Shown: piece by piece, positions 20,701 through 31,361 of the stretch | Numbering within the stretch: position 1 is the first letter of the stretch | Layout of the letters: each line of letters begins with the position of its first letter | Source of the DNA: a virus | Lineage: Duplodnaviria; Caudoviricetes | Strand: one strand, 5' to 3' | DNA: 64,000 bases | IMG/VR virus record: IMGVR_UViG_3300032007_000001 | The notes under the pieces: generated by a model | What the model saw: the letters and a program-made list of their open reading frames with translations, nothing else | Databases searched by the model: none | Told to the model about the DNA's origin: nothing | Made by a program: the position numbers and the translations under genes

Positions 20701-21042
20701 ATGAATCTTATACAAAAACGTTTAATTGCCAAAAAATTTACCGATTATCCATTGAAAAAAGATTTTGCGTTTATGTTCGTAAATGAATTGGATAAATTAA
20801 GAGATGTCATCATAAAATTAAACGATGAAAAGTTATTTAATTTAAGCAATGAAGAGAGAATAAAAAAATTGGAAGATGCTGGTTTTATAAAAGATGATAA
20901 AGTTGTTATCCCTACTGGAGCTATTCTTATAGATTCTGAAAATTATTCATTATATAACGAAAGAACATTTACATATAATGGAAATGAAATTAAGATAAAA
21001 GATAGAACGGATAACAATGAATTTATGGAAAATTATTTATAA
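20701..21042 (+). CDS. hypothetical protein
   Basis: 113 aa; begins MNLIQKRLIA. Confidence 0.7.
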   Translation: MNLIQKRLIAKKFTDYPLKKDFAFMFVNELDKLRDVIIKLNDEKLFNLSNEERIKKLEDAGFIKDDKVVIPTGAILIDSENYSLYNERTFTYNGNEIKIKDRTDNNEFMENYL

Positions 21043-21114
21043 TGAAAAAGAGTATTTTGAAAGCTACTCTTTTTTTATTTAGTTTATATAAATTTAATAA
21101 AAGGGTGATGATAA

Positions 21115-21942
21115 ATGTCTACAACTACAATAGAAGGAATAGAAGTAAGGATAGCTGAAAATAATGAATATCCAAGAATATTGTGGCAAATAAATAACAA
21201 TACTATAATCCCGTTAGCAGCAAATGAAGTAAATTCTGTTAATAATAATAATATTGGTATTTATGTTAAGCAACAAGGAAAATATTATTTTGTTCCAAAA
21301 CATGTTTCTATTCAAAAATTAACAAAAAATTTATCAAATTATGCAGAAAATAATATCCAAGATTACAAAAACATTTCGCAATTTTCACAGAATACGATAT
21401 ATGATTTAACCAATATAAAAGTTATTGATGCGCCAGATGCATTTGCATATTGTACAAATTTGCAATCAATTCCTCAATCTCTAGTTAATACATGGGATAC
21501 GAGTGAATTATCTGATTGTTCTGGTATGTTTAGATATTGCGAATCACTAATAACAATTCCTGAAATTTATATTGGAGACGCTATTAATACAAGTGCTATG
21601 TTTAGCGGATGTTCTTCTCTTACTACATTACCATATTTAGATACCAAGTGTTCATTAAAAGTAGATGGTATGTTTGCATATTGTACATCACTTCCACAAA
21701 ATTTCCCATGGATTTTAGATTGTCGTTCATTTAATAATGTATCTTTTGAAGGTACAGCTGATTTCTTTGCTGGTTTATTAGAAGGAAGTTCTGTTGAAAA
21801 TATAACAATATGTTTATCTATACCTCAACAAATGATAGATATTATGAATAGTAATTTATCATCAGCTGGACTTACTTTTTCAAGTTTAATTAATTCTCAA
21901 GGAAATTGTAATGTAGAATTTGTCGATGAACCAGAAAATTAA
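21115..21942 (+). CDS. BspA/DUF285-type leucine-rich repeat protein
   Basis: repeats WDTSELSDCSGMFRYCESL, AMFSGCSSL, GMFAYCTSL. Confidence 0.75.
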   Translation: MSTTTIEGIEVRIAENNEYPRILWQINNNTIIPLAANEVNSVNNNNIGIYVKQQGKYYFVPKHVSIQKLTKNLSNYAENNIQDYKNISQFSQNTIYDLTNIKVIDAPDAFAYCTNLQSIPQSLVNTWDTSELSDCSGMFRYCESLITIPEIYIGDAINTSAMFSGCSSLTTLPYLDTKCSLKVDGMFAYCTSLPQNFPWILDCRSFNNVSFEGTADFFAGLLEGSSVENITICLSIPQQMIDIMNSNLSSAGLTFSSLINSQGNCNVEFVDEPEN

Positions 21943-21998
21943 TTAAAAATTAAAGCAGCCGTTATTGGCTGCTTTTTGTTTTTATCAAAAAATTTTCA

Positions 21999-22035
21999 AA
22001 AAACTATTTACAAATACGTCAACTTGTGGTATAAT
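21999..22035 (+). promoter_or_regulatory. strong early-type promoter
   Basis: AAACTA-TTTACA-N17-TATAAT, TGTGG extension. Confidence 0.85.
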
Positions 22036-22089
22036 TACATCAAGATGAGGAAATAGTAAAGGTCTTACAGAAAGAGAGGAGAATGACAA

Positions 22090-23067
22090 ATGTCGGCAAA
22101 CGTTGAAACCATGGCATACAATGCCTATGAAGATGGTGTTTTTTCGGAGCGTAAAGTACCTTGGCATGGATTGGGAACTCCAGTTGACCATGCAATGACA
22201 TCTGAAGAAGCGTTGGTTTATGCCGGTTTGGATTGGAACGTCCTTATCGGTGATGCGGTACTTCGAACTGCAGATGGTACTCTCGTTGATACCGAAAAGA
22301 AGATTACCTATCGCGACAAGGACATGAAGCCGCTGGGTATGGTTTCTGGTCAGTACAGTGTGGTTCAGAATAAGGATGCTTTTTCCTTTACTGACCAACT
22401 GATTGGTACTGGAGAAGTCAAGTACGAAACTGCCGGGTCTTTGGACGGCGGAAAGAAAGTGTTCATGCTGGCGAATTTGCCGGAAACTATCATTCTCGGC
22501 GATAAATTCATTCCGCACATGCTTTTCTCCAACAGCCACGATGGAAGTTCTTCTGTTCGAGTTACGGCTACTCCGGTGCGAGTGGTTTGCGAAAACACTA
22601 TGAACCAGGCTCTTGAAAACGCAAAGCGTATTTGGTCCTTTGTTCATCGCGGTGATATCAACTCCAAGGTTCTGGAAGCAAGGGAAACTCTTCTCAACAT
22701 GAAGGCATATATGAAAGAACTGAATAAGGACGCCGAGCGTCTTGCTTGCATCAAGATTTCCGGTGCGATGCTCCAACAGTTCATGAATCAGATGTTCCCA
22801 ATTGATGATGAAAAGGATTACACGCTTCGCCAGACAAAGAATGCGATGTATCTCCGTGAGATGTTCATGGGCCGGTATAACATGGATGACCTCGGCAACT
22901 TCCGCGGCACGGCGTGGGGTCTGCTCAACGCAGCAAGCGATTTTGCCAGCCACACCCGCCCGCTCCGGCTGACCAAGAATCATCAGGAGAAGGTAATGAT
23001 GAGCTTCATGAATGGCAATCAGATTCTGGACGCCACTTATGATTTCATCAATGCAATGGCAGCTTAA
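22090..23067 (+). CDS. DUF932 family protein
   Basis: MSANVETM...VPWHGLG, AGLDW, YETAGSL, NSHDGSS, PVRVVCENT. Confidence 0.88.
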   Translation: MSANVETMAYNAYEDGVFSERKVPWHGLGTPVDHAMTSEEALVYAGLDWNVLIGDAVLRTADGTLVDTEKKITYRDKDMKPLGMVSGQYSVVQNKDAFSFTDQLIGTGEVKYETAGSLDGGKKVFMLANLPETIILGDKFIPHMLFSNSHDGSSSVRVTATPVRVVCENTMNQALENAKRIWSFVHRGDINSKVLEARETLLNMKAYMKELNKDAERLACIKISGAMLQQFMNQMFPIDDEKDYTLRQTKNAMYLREMFMGRYNMDDLGNFRGTAWGLLNAASDFASHTRPLRLTKNHQEKVMMSFMNGNQILDATYDFINAMAA

Positions 23068-23121
23068 CAGCGAATAATAAAATAATGAAGGAGAAAAAAG
23101 AGATCCTTAATTGGGTCTCTT

Positions 23122-23607
23122 TTATATTTTGCCTATTTTCCATACTTTAATTCTGCAAGGAAGATTTGTAACTGACCCAGTACTGTTAGCGCCGAATGGT
23201 CCTCCTCCAAGTGACATTGCATATATTAAACATGCCCAATTTCCTGTTTGTAATATGATATTATCGTTGTTTAATTGATATGCCTTAACTCCCATTGCTC
23301 TATTATCACCGTTTACTGAACACGTAAACCAACCAGATTCTCCCCACTCGTTATTAAAAAATAATTCACATGTGCATTTTACTATATAACCTGGAAAAGG
23401 ATTAGCTTCGACATATCTAGAATTTGCTGTTATATTTGCTGGATTTGCTTTAGTGCCATTGTTTGGATAGATATAACACCAATCGTTTTCCAAGTCCATT
23501 TTTTTATTTATGTTATTTTGAAGATGTATAATGTCTTCAGAAGTAGCTGTTTTTACTACCTTAAATTTTGTTGTTCCATATGTTATTATGTCATTTAAGT
23601 TAATCAT
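23122..23607 (-). CDS. tail-fibre C-terminal-like domain protein
   Basis: NPFPG...EWGESGW...IILQTG...PCRIKVWK beta-rich pattern. Confidence 0.45.
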   Translation of the reverse strand: MINLNDIITYGTTKFKVVKTATSEDIIHLQNNINKKMDLENDWCYIYPNNGTKANPANITANSRYVEANPFPGYIVKCTCELFFNNEWGESGWFTCSVNGDNRAMGVKAYQLNNDNIILQTGNWACLIYAMSLGGGPFGANSTGSVTNLPCRIKVWKIGKI

Positions 23608-23681
23608 TGTATCACCAGTTTATTTTATTCAAAGTGTATTAATTTCAAAAATTATGATAAAATATAAGTGGAGGCGATTGA

Positions 23682-23996
23682 ATGGTTTTGCATTTTAATT
23701 TAATTTTTCAAACAAATCAATTTCATTTAATTCCAAGAATTCATATCCATTTATCTGCATTTGAAAATGATTTCTCTGTATTTAGTATATCGTGGTTATG
23801 CTTCAATATTATTGTAGCTAATCATGCTTTATTTGCCACAGAAGTTTATTGGAGAGATGTTGTAAAAATTATAATGAATGATGATAAAAATACTATGGAT
23901 AGATTAGATGCAATTGTAAATCAATGTGAAGAATATACAGAAGAACAGTTTGCTCACAAAATAAAATATGCAACCAATGGTTTTTACGGTGATTGA
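23682..23996 (+). CDS. hypothetical protein
   Basis: 104 aa, GGAGG RBS. Confidence 0.65.
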   Translation: MVLHFNLIFQTNQFHLIPRIHIHLSAFENDFSVFSISWLCFNIIVANHALFATEVYWRDVVKIIMNDDKNTMDRLDAIVNQCEEYTEEQFAHKIKYATNGFYGD

Positions 23997-23997
23997 T

Positions 23998-24243
23998 ATG
24001 GAAGACTACAAAAATTTAGCCAAAGAAGCAAGAAACGAAATAAGACTACGTATTTATAAAATGCCAGAAGTTAAAGCAAAAGATGCTTTAGCATATTTAA
24101 CATTAAAATTTGTGTCAATTATGACACCTCAACAACCAACTCCAATAGAACATATCAATTGTGAAAAAAAGATGGCTCATAATATATTGGATGAAGCATT
24201 AATGGATTGGGAAATATTGGAAAAAATCATTGAAGGAGAATGA
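23998..24243 (+). CDS. hypothetical protein
   Basis: operon context. Confidence 0.65.
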   Translation: MEDYKNLAKEARNEIRLRIYKMPEVKAKDALAYLTLKFVSIMTPQQPTPIEHINCEKKMAHNILDEALMDWEILEKIIEGE

Positions 24244-24470
24244 CAATGCATCCAGAAACAGATGATATGCTATACTATTCAAAAAGAATAAAAGAATATT
24301 GTAGCATATATTCTCATAATCCTCACAAATGCATATTTTGTAAATATTCAAATAGTGGGTATAACAATCAAGAAATGTTATTGTGTACGCATTGGAATGG
24401 TGTTTGTAGAGGAGAATGGAAAGAATTAATGAAACGATATCATTGTCAATTAAAAGATTTTTTCAATTGA
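24240..24470 (+). CDS. small Cys-rich protein
   Basis: 76 aa, CIFC. Confidence 0.6.
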   Translation: MTMHPETDDMLYYSKRIKEYCSIYSHNPHKCIFCKYSNSGYNNQEMLLCTHWNGVCRGEWKELMKRYHCQLKDFFN

Positions 24471-24479
24471 GGTAAAATT

Positions 24480-24713
24480 ATGAATTTTAAGATTCTTGGC
24501 ATAGTTGTATGTGTTGTTGCTATATTAAAAATTTTTGGATGTTTTGATTTTTCTAACCAAAAAGTTGAAGAAATTCCTAAGAATGATTTTCAAATTGTAC
24601 ATAAACAAAAATTGGATGATATTGATTTAACTATTATAAAAGATAATTATTATGGTGACCAATTTGTTATTGTAAAGGATGAAAAAGGAATTGCTATTAC
24701 AAAAAGATTTTAA
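24480..24713 (+). CDS. small putative lipoprotein or membrane protein
   Basis: hydrophobic N-terminus followed by IFGC. Confidence 0.6.
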   Translation: MNFKILGIVVCVVAILKIFGCFDFSNQKVEEIPKNDFQIVHKQKLDDIDLTIIKDNYYGDQFVIVKDEKGIAITKRF

Positions 24714-24725
24714 AATGGTGAAAAA

Positions 24726-25007
24726 ATGATGAGTTCGTATTTGCAAACAAGACATGATGATATTGAGGTTAGCTTATATTTTTCTTTTGATGATTTTGAA
24801 TTTTTTGTTTGTGTTTGTCATGGTACATGTGTTATAAAATTCCCAAAATTTAAGTATAAAACGTTTGTTATGCAGGATTTTATAGACGAACTTTTCTCAA
24901 AACCATTGGATGATTGGAAAAAGATGTTTTGCTTAAATGCTACCAATTACATATTAAATGATATTGAATTGTGCAAAATAAAATATACGAAAACATATGG
25001 CTTCTAA
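24726..25007 (+). CDS. hypothetical protein, C-terminal GF motif
   Basis: ends KTYGF. Confidence 0.65.
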   Translation: MMSSYLQTRHDDIEVSLYFSFDDFEFFVCVCHGTCVIKFPKFKYKTFVMQDFIDELFSKPLDDWKKMFCLNATNYILNDIELCKIKYTKTYGF

Positions 25008-25060
25008 TTAGAAGCCATTTTTTATAATGAAATGATTTAATGGAATGTAAAAAATTTCAA

Positions 25061-25097
25061 AAAAACTATTTACAAATTTTTTGTTTTGTGTTATAAT
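25061..25097 (+). promoter_or_regulatory. strong early-type promoter
   Basis: AAAAACTA-TTTACA-N17-TATAAT. Confidence 0.85.
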
Positions 25098-25169
25098 CCA
25101 ACCATGGAACTTGAAAGGCAGTCGGTTCCAAGAAGTGGTAAAAAGTTATTAAAGAAGGGAAGAGAGACT

Positions 25170-25823
25170 ATGAAGACAAACATGAAGTCTGCAAAGAATG
25201 GTGTCGTTCGGTGTCCGAAGTGTGGTAAGTTTTTCGGTACCAAGAAGCTTGATGCAGAGACTCTGGAAAACGTGATGAAGCACGAAATGTGTCCTGAGTG
25301 CATCAGCAAAAATGTCAATGTTGCGGCCGAAAAGAAGACGGTTGCGCCGGCAAAGAAAATCGAAATCGACGATATCATTTCTGCTGGCGTTCGTGGTGTA
25401 ACGAAGCATCAGATGATTCCGGCTATTACCAACAACATTGACAATGCGAAGGCTATCAAGATGCTTGCAACTCGTTATCCGGCCACGTTCAATGGTGCTC
25501 TCCGGTATGTCAAGAAGGCGATTCGAGTAAAGGCATATGCCATTGTTGGTAAGAACGATATCGTTGACAACGAGAAGTTCGAACTGATTCAGAAGCTTGA
25601 GCCTTCGCGCAAAGGTGTCACTTACCATCAGATCATTCCTGCACTTGAGCATGCCTGCGATGATAAGGATTTTGCTACGATTGTCAAGATTCGGAAGCAT
25701 TTCCCAGAACAGTTCCATGGCTCTCTTCGGTACATGGCGAAGAAGTATCATGCAGCTCTTTCCGCGGCGCTTGAAACGGTTGATGGTGTTCCTGCCGATA
25801 TTCAGAAGCTTGCAATCCGGTAA
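25170..25823 (+). CDS. putative early protein: zinc ribbon plus two GVTxHQ repeats
   Basis: CPKC...CPEC; GVTKHQMIPA and GVTYHQIIPA; GC-richer codons. Confidence 0.8.
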   Translation: MKTNMKSAKNGVVRCPKCGKFFGTKKLDAETLENVMKHEMCPECISKNVNVAAEKKTVAPAKKIEIDDIISAGVRGVTKHQMIPAITNNIDNAKAIKMLATRYPATFNGALRYVKKAIRVKAYAIVGKNDIVDNEKFELIQKLEPSRKGVTYHQIIPALEHACDDKDFATIVKIRKHFPEQFHGSLRYMAKKYHAALSAALETVDGVPADIQKLAIR

Positions 25824-25914
25824 TACATGAAGGATGAATGGTCCGGCTGAATTTTATGCCGGACCATTTTTTAATAAAATAATAGATAAAAATGTATGAA
25901 ACGAGGAAACAAAA

Positions 25915-26652
25915 ATGGGAAAGATACTTACGTATGAAGTTGAGCAATACTTAGACGCTGTAGATACGTCTTTTAAGGACAACGAAGGTAATTCCATTTT
26001 TGCTATACGAAGTGCTGTCTATGTGGACGGGAGAGATTTCAAGATACAAGAACATCTTTCTCTGCAAAAAGATTACGACAATTTGGAAAAAAATGAAAAC
26101 AAAATATATACAGTTCCTCAAAATTGTGGATATGGTTTTTATCATAAAGATGTTATTGAACATCTTCGTACTCATGCATTTTTTGAATTTAAGGTTCAAG
26201 AATTTTTCATTTTTGAACCATATACATATATTTCAAACAAAGAACGTATGGATGATTTGATATTAATGAAGCGAATTAGTGAAGATAATTTCGTTGACAT
26301 TAACAATAAACGTTTTGCAATATCGTATCATTTTACTACATCTATGCATCCATTTCGCGATGATGAATATGATTTGAAAAAAGTAGTTGAATATCTTTCC
26401 AATAGAAAAGACATAATATTTGAAGATAAAAAAGGTTTTCGTGAAAGTCTTGGAAAAATAAATAATCACATCATGGAAATATCTTATCATTGGAATGATG
26501 AATCTTTTAAGAGTGTTGTTCCATTTACATGGATTCCAACGCAGAAATTGTTTGATAAATTTGCTAGTTATGGAAATGATGTTAGAAGTAATTTCTTGAA
26601 TGATTGTTTGATGAAAGATTTGGAGGAATTCCATCATGATTATGACGAGTGA
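25915..26652 (+). CDS. hypothetical protein
   Basis: 245 aa, GAGG RBS. Confidence 0.75.
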   Translation: MGKILTYEVEQYLDAVDTSFKDNEGNSIFAIRSAVYVDGRDFKIQEHLSLQKDYDNLEKNENKIYTVPQNCGYGFYHKDVIEHLRTHAFFEFKVQEFFIFEPYTYISNKERMDDLILMKRISEDNFVDINNKRFAISYHFTTSMHPFRDDEYDLKKVVEYLSNRKDIIFEDKKGFRESLGKINNHIMEISYHWNDESFKSVVPFTWIPTQKLFDKFASYGNDVRSNFLNDCLMKDLEEFHHDYDE

Positions 26653-27007
26653 TTACTCATATATTGATGATAAAATGTTAACGCCATATAAAGTTCCTCA
26701 AACTTTTAAGATAGAATATGGCGATGTTATTTCATTAGATTTTAATGTATATGTTAGTGATATTGATGTTTATTTTATAAGCATTAGTTCTAATATTATT
26801 CATTTTCATACAAATAATTTTAGAAATATTAAAAATAGAAAAGAAATAAGAAAAAACTTTCTAGAGTGTATTGATAATACACCTGAATTATCAATAAAAT
26901 TAAGAAATAAAAGATGGAAACAACAAACAGAACAGGTTATCGATTCGTTACAAAAATCTGTAGAATTTGTTTTTCAAAAAATATTTTTAAAAGCGTGGGG
27001 ACTATGA
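26636..27007 (+). CDS. hypothetical protein, C-terminal GL motif
   Basis: ends KAWGL. Confidence 0.7.
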   Translation: MIMTSDYSYIDDKMLTPYKVPQTFKIEYGDVISLDFNVYVSDIDVYFISISSNIIHFHTNNFRNIKNRKEIRKNFLECIDNTPELSIKLRNKRWKQQTEQVIDSLQKSVEFVFQKIFLKAWGL

Positions 27008-27468
27008 AGCAACAAGTAAAATTAGAACGATTCAATGGAATAAAAGCAAGAGTAACAGTCCATCGTAGAGATGGACTCGTTATGATGAAATACTATAATT
27101 TCGATGAGATTTCAGATGAATATTTCAAAATCGAACATTATAAATTTAAGTTTGAAGCCAAAAGAGGATTTTTTATTGGAAGTTCGGTTTTTTCATGCGA
27201 TATCAATATAAGAAATAATTTTTATCGTCATGTACAAAATTTTACGTATAATATTGATTTGAGCAAGGCATTCAATAAAAAGAATTATTCTGAAAAACAG
27301 TTATACAACAAAATTAGAAAAAAGGTTGAAAAACCAAACAATTGCTATATCTCACAAGAAAATGCCGAATTAGCAAAACATTTTCTTCTTAGAGAAGACA
27401 ATGTAAAGAATTTATTGAATTGCATAAAAGATTCAAAACATTGTATTATGCTTGTTATTGGCGAATAA
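27004..27468 (+). CDS. hypothetical protein
   Basis: ATGA-coupled start; ends LVIGE. Confidence 0.7.
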   Translation: MKQQVKLERFNGIKARVTVHRRDGLVMMKYYNFDEISDEYFKIEHYKFKFEAKRGFFIGSSVFSCDINIRNNFYRHVQNFTYNIDLSKAFNKKNYSEKQLYNKIRKKVEKPNNCYISQENAELAKHFLLREDNVKNLLNCIKDSKHCIMLVIGE

Positions 27469-27520
27469 TTATTATCATTTGTAATATTTTATAATGTAAA
27501 AGAAAATTATAAGTGAGGTT

Positions 27521-27889
27521 ATGCTTAGTGAGGGAATGATTATGAAAAATAAAAGGATAATGAAAACGTTAGAATTTGCATATCCAATGTTCAACGGATG
27601 GAATTATAATTTCGAATACTTTGAAAAAGAAACCAAGTCAATGGTCTTTGTATACTTATACAAAGGAGAGTCTATTCACTTGATTGGTAATGTAAATTCA
27701 AGAGGGAATAGAGAAGCGATTGAAAGAGTTCTTAATATAATCAAAAGAGGAAAGTCAAGATTCATAGCAAATGCAATTCAGCAATGCCAAAAATTATCAA
27801 AACACGAACATGATGAAATGGTACAAGTAAGATTATTTGCCGCCTTGGATATGTTCATAAATTATTTTGTGATAAGTGAAGGATTATGA
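27521..27889 (+). CDS. hypothetical protein, C-terminal GL motif
   Basis: ends ISEGL. Confidence 0.7.
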   Translation: MLSEGMIMKNKRIMKTLEFAYPMFNGWNYNFEYFEKETKSMVFVYLYKGESIHLIGNVNSRGNREAIERVLNIIKRGKSRFIANAIQQCQKLSKHEHDEMVQVRLFAALDMFINYFVISEGL

Positions 27890-27956
27890 AAAAAGAAAAA
27901 ACGTAACACCATGCGTAAAAAAAGCGTATGGTGTTTTTTATTTAGAATAAACCGAG

Positions 27957-28886
27957 GTGGTGAATTTTGTGAATTTGCCAAATTTGGTCATTAATAAAAA
28001 TTCAAAGTTTCCAAAAGCTTTTTATCAAATAACCAATTTAAGCGAAGATGGAACTACTTTTGATTTTATGGGATTTAAGAATCTTTCCACAAATAATTTA
28101 TTTGCTGCTAATATCATTAGAGATAGAGTAAATCAAAACTATTATGATAATTTGGATTTTGATTTGACAGCAGAAGATTTGGATAAAATAGACATAGAAT
28201 GTATAGCACAAGGTATTGTACAAGATAGCCATGAACTTGATAAAATAAATCCAAATGTTGTAGCCACAAGACCAAAATTAAAGCCATTGGATTGGAAAGA
28301 ATTTGAAGGTCAAGAAGGAGAGGAAGACATGACAAGAGAGGAAATAGAAGAGATTGTAACAACTGTTGTGAGAAGAGAATTGGATAATTTCCTTGAAAAA
28401 CTTCTCCCTCTAGCCAGTGTTCCACAAGGTTTCTCAAAAGAAGAAGTGGAAACTATTAACGAAGATATAAAAAGTGAAGAGATGGCTTCTGATGAAACGG
28501 AAGAACGGATTAACGATTACAAAGAAGCTAAAGAAGATAGTAAATTGGAAATAAAGCCAGAAGTTCCATTATACGAAGATAAAGAAGATGTAAAGTCTTT
28601 TAGAGAAATGATTATAAGTACGTATGGTGAATTGGATGACGAAAAGAATTATATGTCATTCAAAGATTTCTTCGTTGCTTTGATTGGCGAAGAAGCTTTT
28701 GAAGAAAATCAAGATGTTATTAAACATTATGTAAGTGAGACATGTAAAGCATTTAATGTTAAACCGTTGAATAAGAAAGTATATAAAGGTGCATTAAGAG
28801 CTCTTATTATTTATGGAGCTAAATTTAAAATTTTTGGGAATAAGGAATTTTTTGGCGAAGATATAACCAATGCACTTCATATATAA
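27957..28886 (+). CDS. acidic hypothetical protein
   Basis: 309 aa. Confidence 0.75.
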   Translation: MVNFVNLPNLVINKNSKFPKAFYQITNLSEDGTTFDFMGFKNLSTNNLFAANIIRDRVNQNYYDNLDFDLTAEDLDKIDIECIAQGIVQDSHELDKINPNVVATRPKLKPLDWKEFEGQEGEEDMTREEIEEIVTTVVRRELDNFLEKLLPLASVPQGFSKEEVETINEDIKSEEMASDETEERINDYKEAKEDSKLEIKPEVPLYEDKEDVKSFREMIISTYGELDDEKNYMSFKDFFVALIGEEAFEENQDVIKHYVSETCKAFNVKPLNKKVYKGALRALIIYGAKFKIFGNKEFFGEDITNALHI

Positions 28887-28904
28887 TTAGAGAGGAGTAA
28901 TAAT

Positions 28905-29420
28905 ATGAAATTAAATGAAGCCAAAACATTGATTTCGCGCATGTCAAAGAGGATTAATGATTTGAGTCATCAAAGAATGATTAGTTCTTTGGTTGAAATT
29001 GCTCCAGGAGAAAATCCAATGGAGTACATTGCTGAAAAACCAGAAGATATTTCTCAAAAGATGTTGTTTATATATGATGAAAGAAGAAAACTTAGAGATG
29101 CTTTTAGAGAAGCTAATAATAAAAAATTTCCTATTCAAATTAATGGAGAGGAAAAAGAAACGTCAATTTCAGAATTAATTGATTTGGCGAAAGACGTAAG
29201 GTTAGAAGCTTATTATTTTAATACTTATTCAAAAAAGCTTCCTAAAACAAGATTAACTCAAGCAAAACAAGAAACAATTCAGGTCATAACATTTGATAGG
29301 AATGATTATGCAGCTAAATCAGAACAATTGGAAAGTTTTGCTGAAAATATTTCCAATTTAATTGACCATTATGATTCTGTTATTGACGTTGACTATACTG
29401 TTCCTGATAATCTATTTTAA
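28905..29420 (+). CDS. DIP1984-like helical protein
   Basis: MKLNEA.. start and long helices recall the 'MKLAEAL' family. Confidence 0.5.
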   Translation: MKLNEAKTLISRMSKRINDLSHQRMISSLVEIAPGENPMEYIAEKPEDISQKMLFIYDERRKLRDAFREANNKKFPIQINGEEKETSISELIDLAKDVRLEAYYFNTYSKKLPKTRLTQAKQETIQVITFDRNDYAAKSEQLESFAENISNLIDHYDSVIDVDYTVPDNLF

Positions 29421-29451
29421 TGTAGATGAAGATGATATCTAAGTTTCAAAT

Positions 29452-29663
29452 AAGGTTTTTACATTGAAGAAAATGCTTTCTCTTCCTATCAAGTTTAAGA
29501 GCTCGTACGTAATGGACGTTTACATTGGACGATGAATTTTAAGTATAAATTACGTAACACGAGAGGACGCTTTAGAGAACGTAAGTTAATTCTATATGTA
29601 GAACAAATTTTGATTAACCTTGTGAGAAACTTTGATATACTTGGAGAGAGGCATAACAACCTT
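29452..29663 (+). ncRNA. candidate structured RNA downstream of the DIP1984-like gene
   Basis: long closing stem plus two internal hairpins. Confidence 0.5.
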
Positions 29664-29704
29664 TCTCCATTTTACTTTGAAAAAGAAATTTTTCGTTTCG
29701 TCTA

Positions 29705-29733
29705 TTTACACTTTGGGCAAATGGTGTTATTAT
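29705..29733 (+). promoter_or_regulatory. early-type promoter
   Basis: CTA-TTTACA-N17-TATTAT with TG extension. Confidence 0.6.
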
Positions 29734-29795
29734 AGTAACTGGGGAAATATTAGGGGAAGTAAAATATTGAAATTTAAGGAAAGAAGGGTACCACT

Positions 29796-31361
29796 GTGGA
29801 AAAAACGAAAACCAATATCCCTGACTCTGTGTCCATTGCCAAGGAACATTTGGAAAGAAGCAAAGAAATAGAAATGCTCTTCCAAGTGGCGATGAACAAA
29901 GTACAAAAGTACATTAAAGAAAATTCCTTGAATTGTTCAACAAAAATTAAATTTGGCGGGTTTATCGATGATTTGTATTCTCCGATTTATTTGGCATATC
30001 AAAAGTCGGAAAATACATTTATCATTATGTTTTCTTCTCATTTTTTTGACAATGACAATACAAAAATTTTGAATTCTCTTATACGTTACATTGTAACGAC
30101 AAACAAAAACCATTCATTCAAAACATTGCCGGAAGTAAAAAAGGAATTGAAAAAGCTTCCATTTGATACACATTATGATGTATCGTTTAGAAACAATTAT
30201 TTGGAAAGTGATTCTCCAGTTGTAAATGGAGTTATTTGTGAATCATGCTTGAGAGTGTATAAATGCAGCACAGAAGATGATTTATTCAAAAACGTTCAGA
30301 ACTATAAATGTCAATGCACACCGGAAGGTGGGAAATTGTCTCTTATTATCAATGGAAAGAAACAATTGGATGATAAGAGGCAATCGTATTATAAGAACCT
30401 AACGCTTGGCGATGTAACGAAACTTACAAAAGAAAGAGAATTGAAGAAGTTTGTAGATACTAAAAAAATGGAAGAAAAAGATTTTGATAAGGCTTTCTTC
30501 AGTGAAGAAGGTCTTGAAGTTGTTAATAATATTATTTCGCAAAATCCCAAAGGCATCAATAGAAAACATGTTGGTGCTGAGGTTGAGAAACATTTGAAAG
30601 ATGAAGTAATCTTGAATATGTTGTCTCATGCATTCCCGCATCAATACTATAATGCATTCAGGTATGGTGGGTTTGAAGTACAAAAACATATTTTAGAACA
30701 TCCCAATACTCATCCATGCTATAAATCTTGGAATCTTAAATTGGAGAAAGAAAGAATTTTTGAAAAAGAAAAATATATGCAGAGAAAATCTGTTAAGTAT
30801 GAAAATGCTGCAGATATGATTAAAGGAATGGATTTGCCAGAATCCACCAAAAAGAATCTATTAGCTGTTGTTGAAACGAATGGTAAAAAGATTTCTCGCA
30901 TGAGGACGGCGGAATATCTTGAAATTGCTGTTTCGAACAACGACGTTGATTTCATTAAAGTTATGAACAATCATCTTCCTGAGGTTTATTTAGATGCATT
31001 CAAACACCTGCATAAAGCTCAGAAAGATTATTTGCTGAAGAATTATCCGCCTATTTCGGAAAACTTTACAGAAGAAGTAAAGAAGAAATTGACGCCAAAA
31101 GATAATGGACGCAAGACAGACATTGTAATTAATACTGTGAATACTGATGGATTGCCTCCGTTAGATAAATTGGCAAACTTTATGAAAAATCATAAAAAGA
31201 TTTTCAATAAGGATATAGCACACGAGATTATCGATGCTGCTTATAAGAAAGATGAAGAATATATAAGAGTATTGTTCAGTGCGTTTGACGATAAGATTAA
31301 GCACATAAGACAATCCTTTAATAACGATACTCTTAAATTCTTAGACGGGCTGGGGTTGTAA
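29796..31361 (+). CDS. multidomain protein: zinc-binding segment, GVTxHQ-related repeats, C-terminal GL
   Basis: CESC...CQC; HAFPHQYYNAFRY, HLPEVYLDAFKH; ends DGLGL. Confidence 0.75.
   Translation: MEKTKTNIPDSVSIAKEHLERSKEIEMLFQVAMNKVQKYIKENSLNCSTKIKFGGFIDDLYSPIYLAYQKSENTFIIMFSSHFFDNDNTKILNSLIRYIVTTNKNHSFKTLPEVKKELKKLPFDTHYDVSFRNNYLESDSPVVNGVICESCLRVYKCSTEDDLFKNVQNYKCQCTPEGGKLSLIINGKKQLDDKRQSYYKNLTLGDVTKLTKERELKKFVDTKKMEEKDFDKAFFSEEGLEVVNNIISQNPKGINRKHVGAEVEKHLKDEVILNMLSHAFPHQYYNAFRYGGFEVQKHILEHPNTHPCYKSWNLKLEKERIFEKEKYMQRKSVKYENAADMIKGMDLPESTKKNLLAVVETNGKKISRMRTAEYLEIAVSNNDVDFIKVMNNHLPEVYLDAFKHLHKAQKDYLLKNYPPISENFTEEVKKKLTPKDNGRKTDIVINTVNTDGLPPLDKLANFMKNHKKIFNKDIAHEIIDAAYKKDEEYIRVLFSAFDDKIKHIRQSFNNDTLKFLDGLGL

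Noticed and set aside
21985-22983. 332-aa minus-strand ORF
   Set aside because: Antisense shadow of the DUF932 gene, favoured by GC-richer codons; no RBS or motifs. The same applies to 14476-14940, 25149-25751 and 61817-62626.
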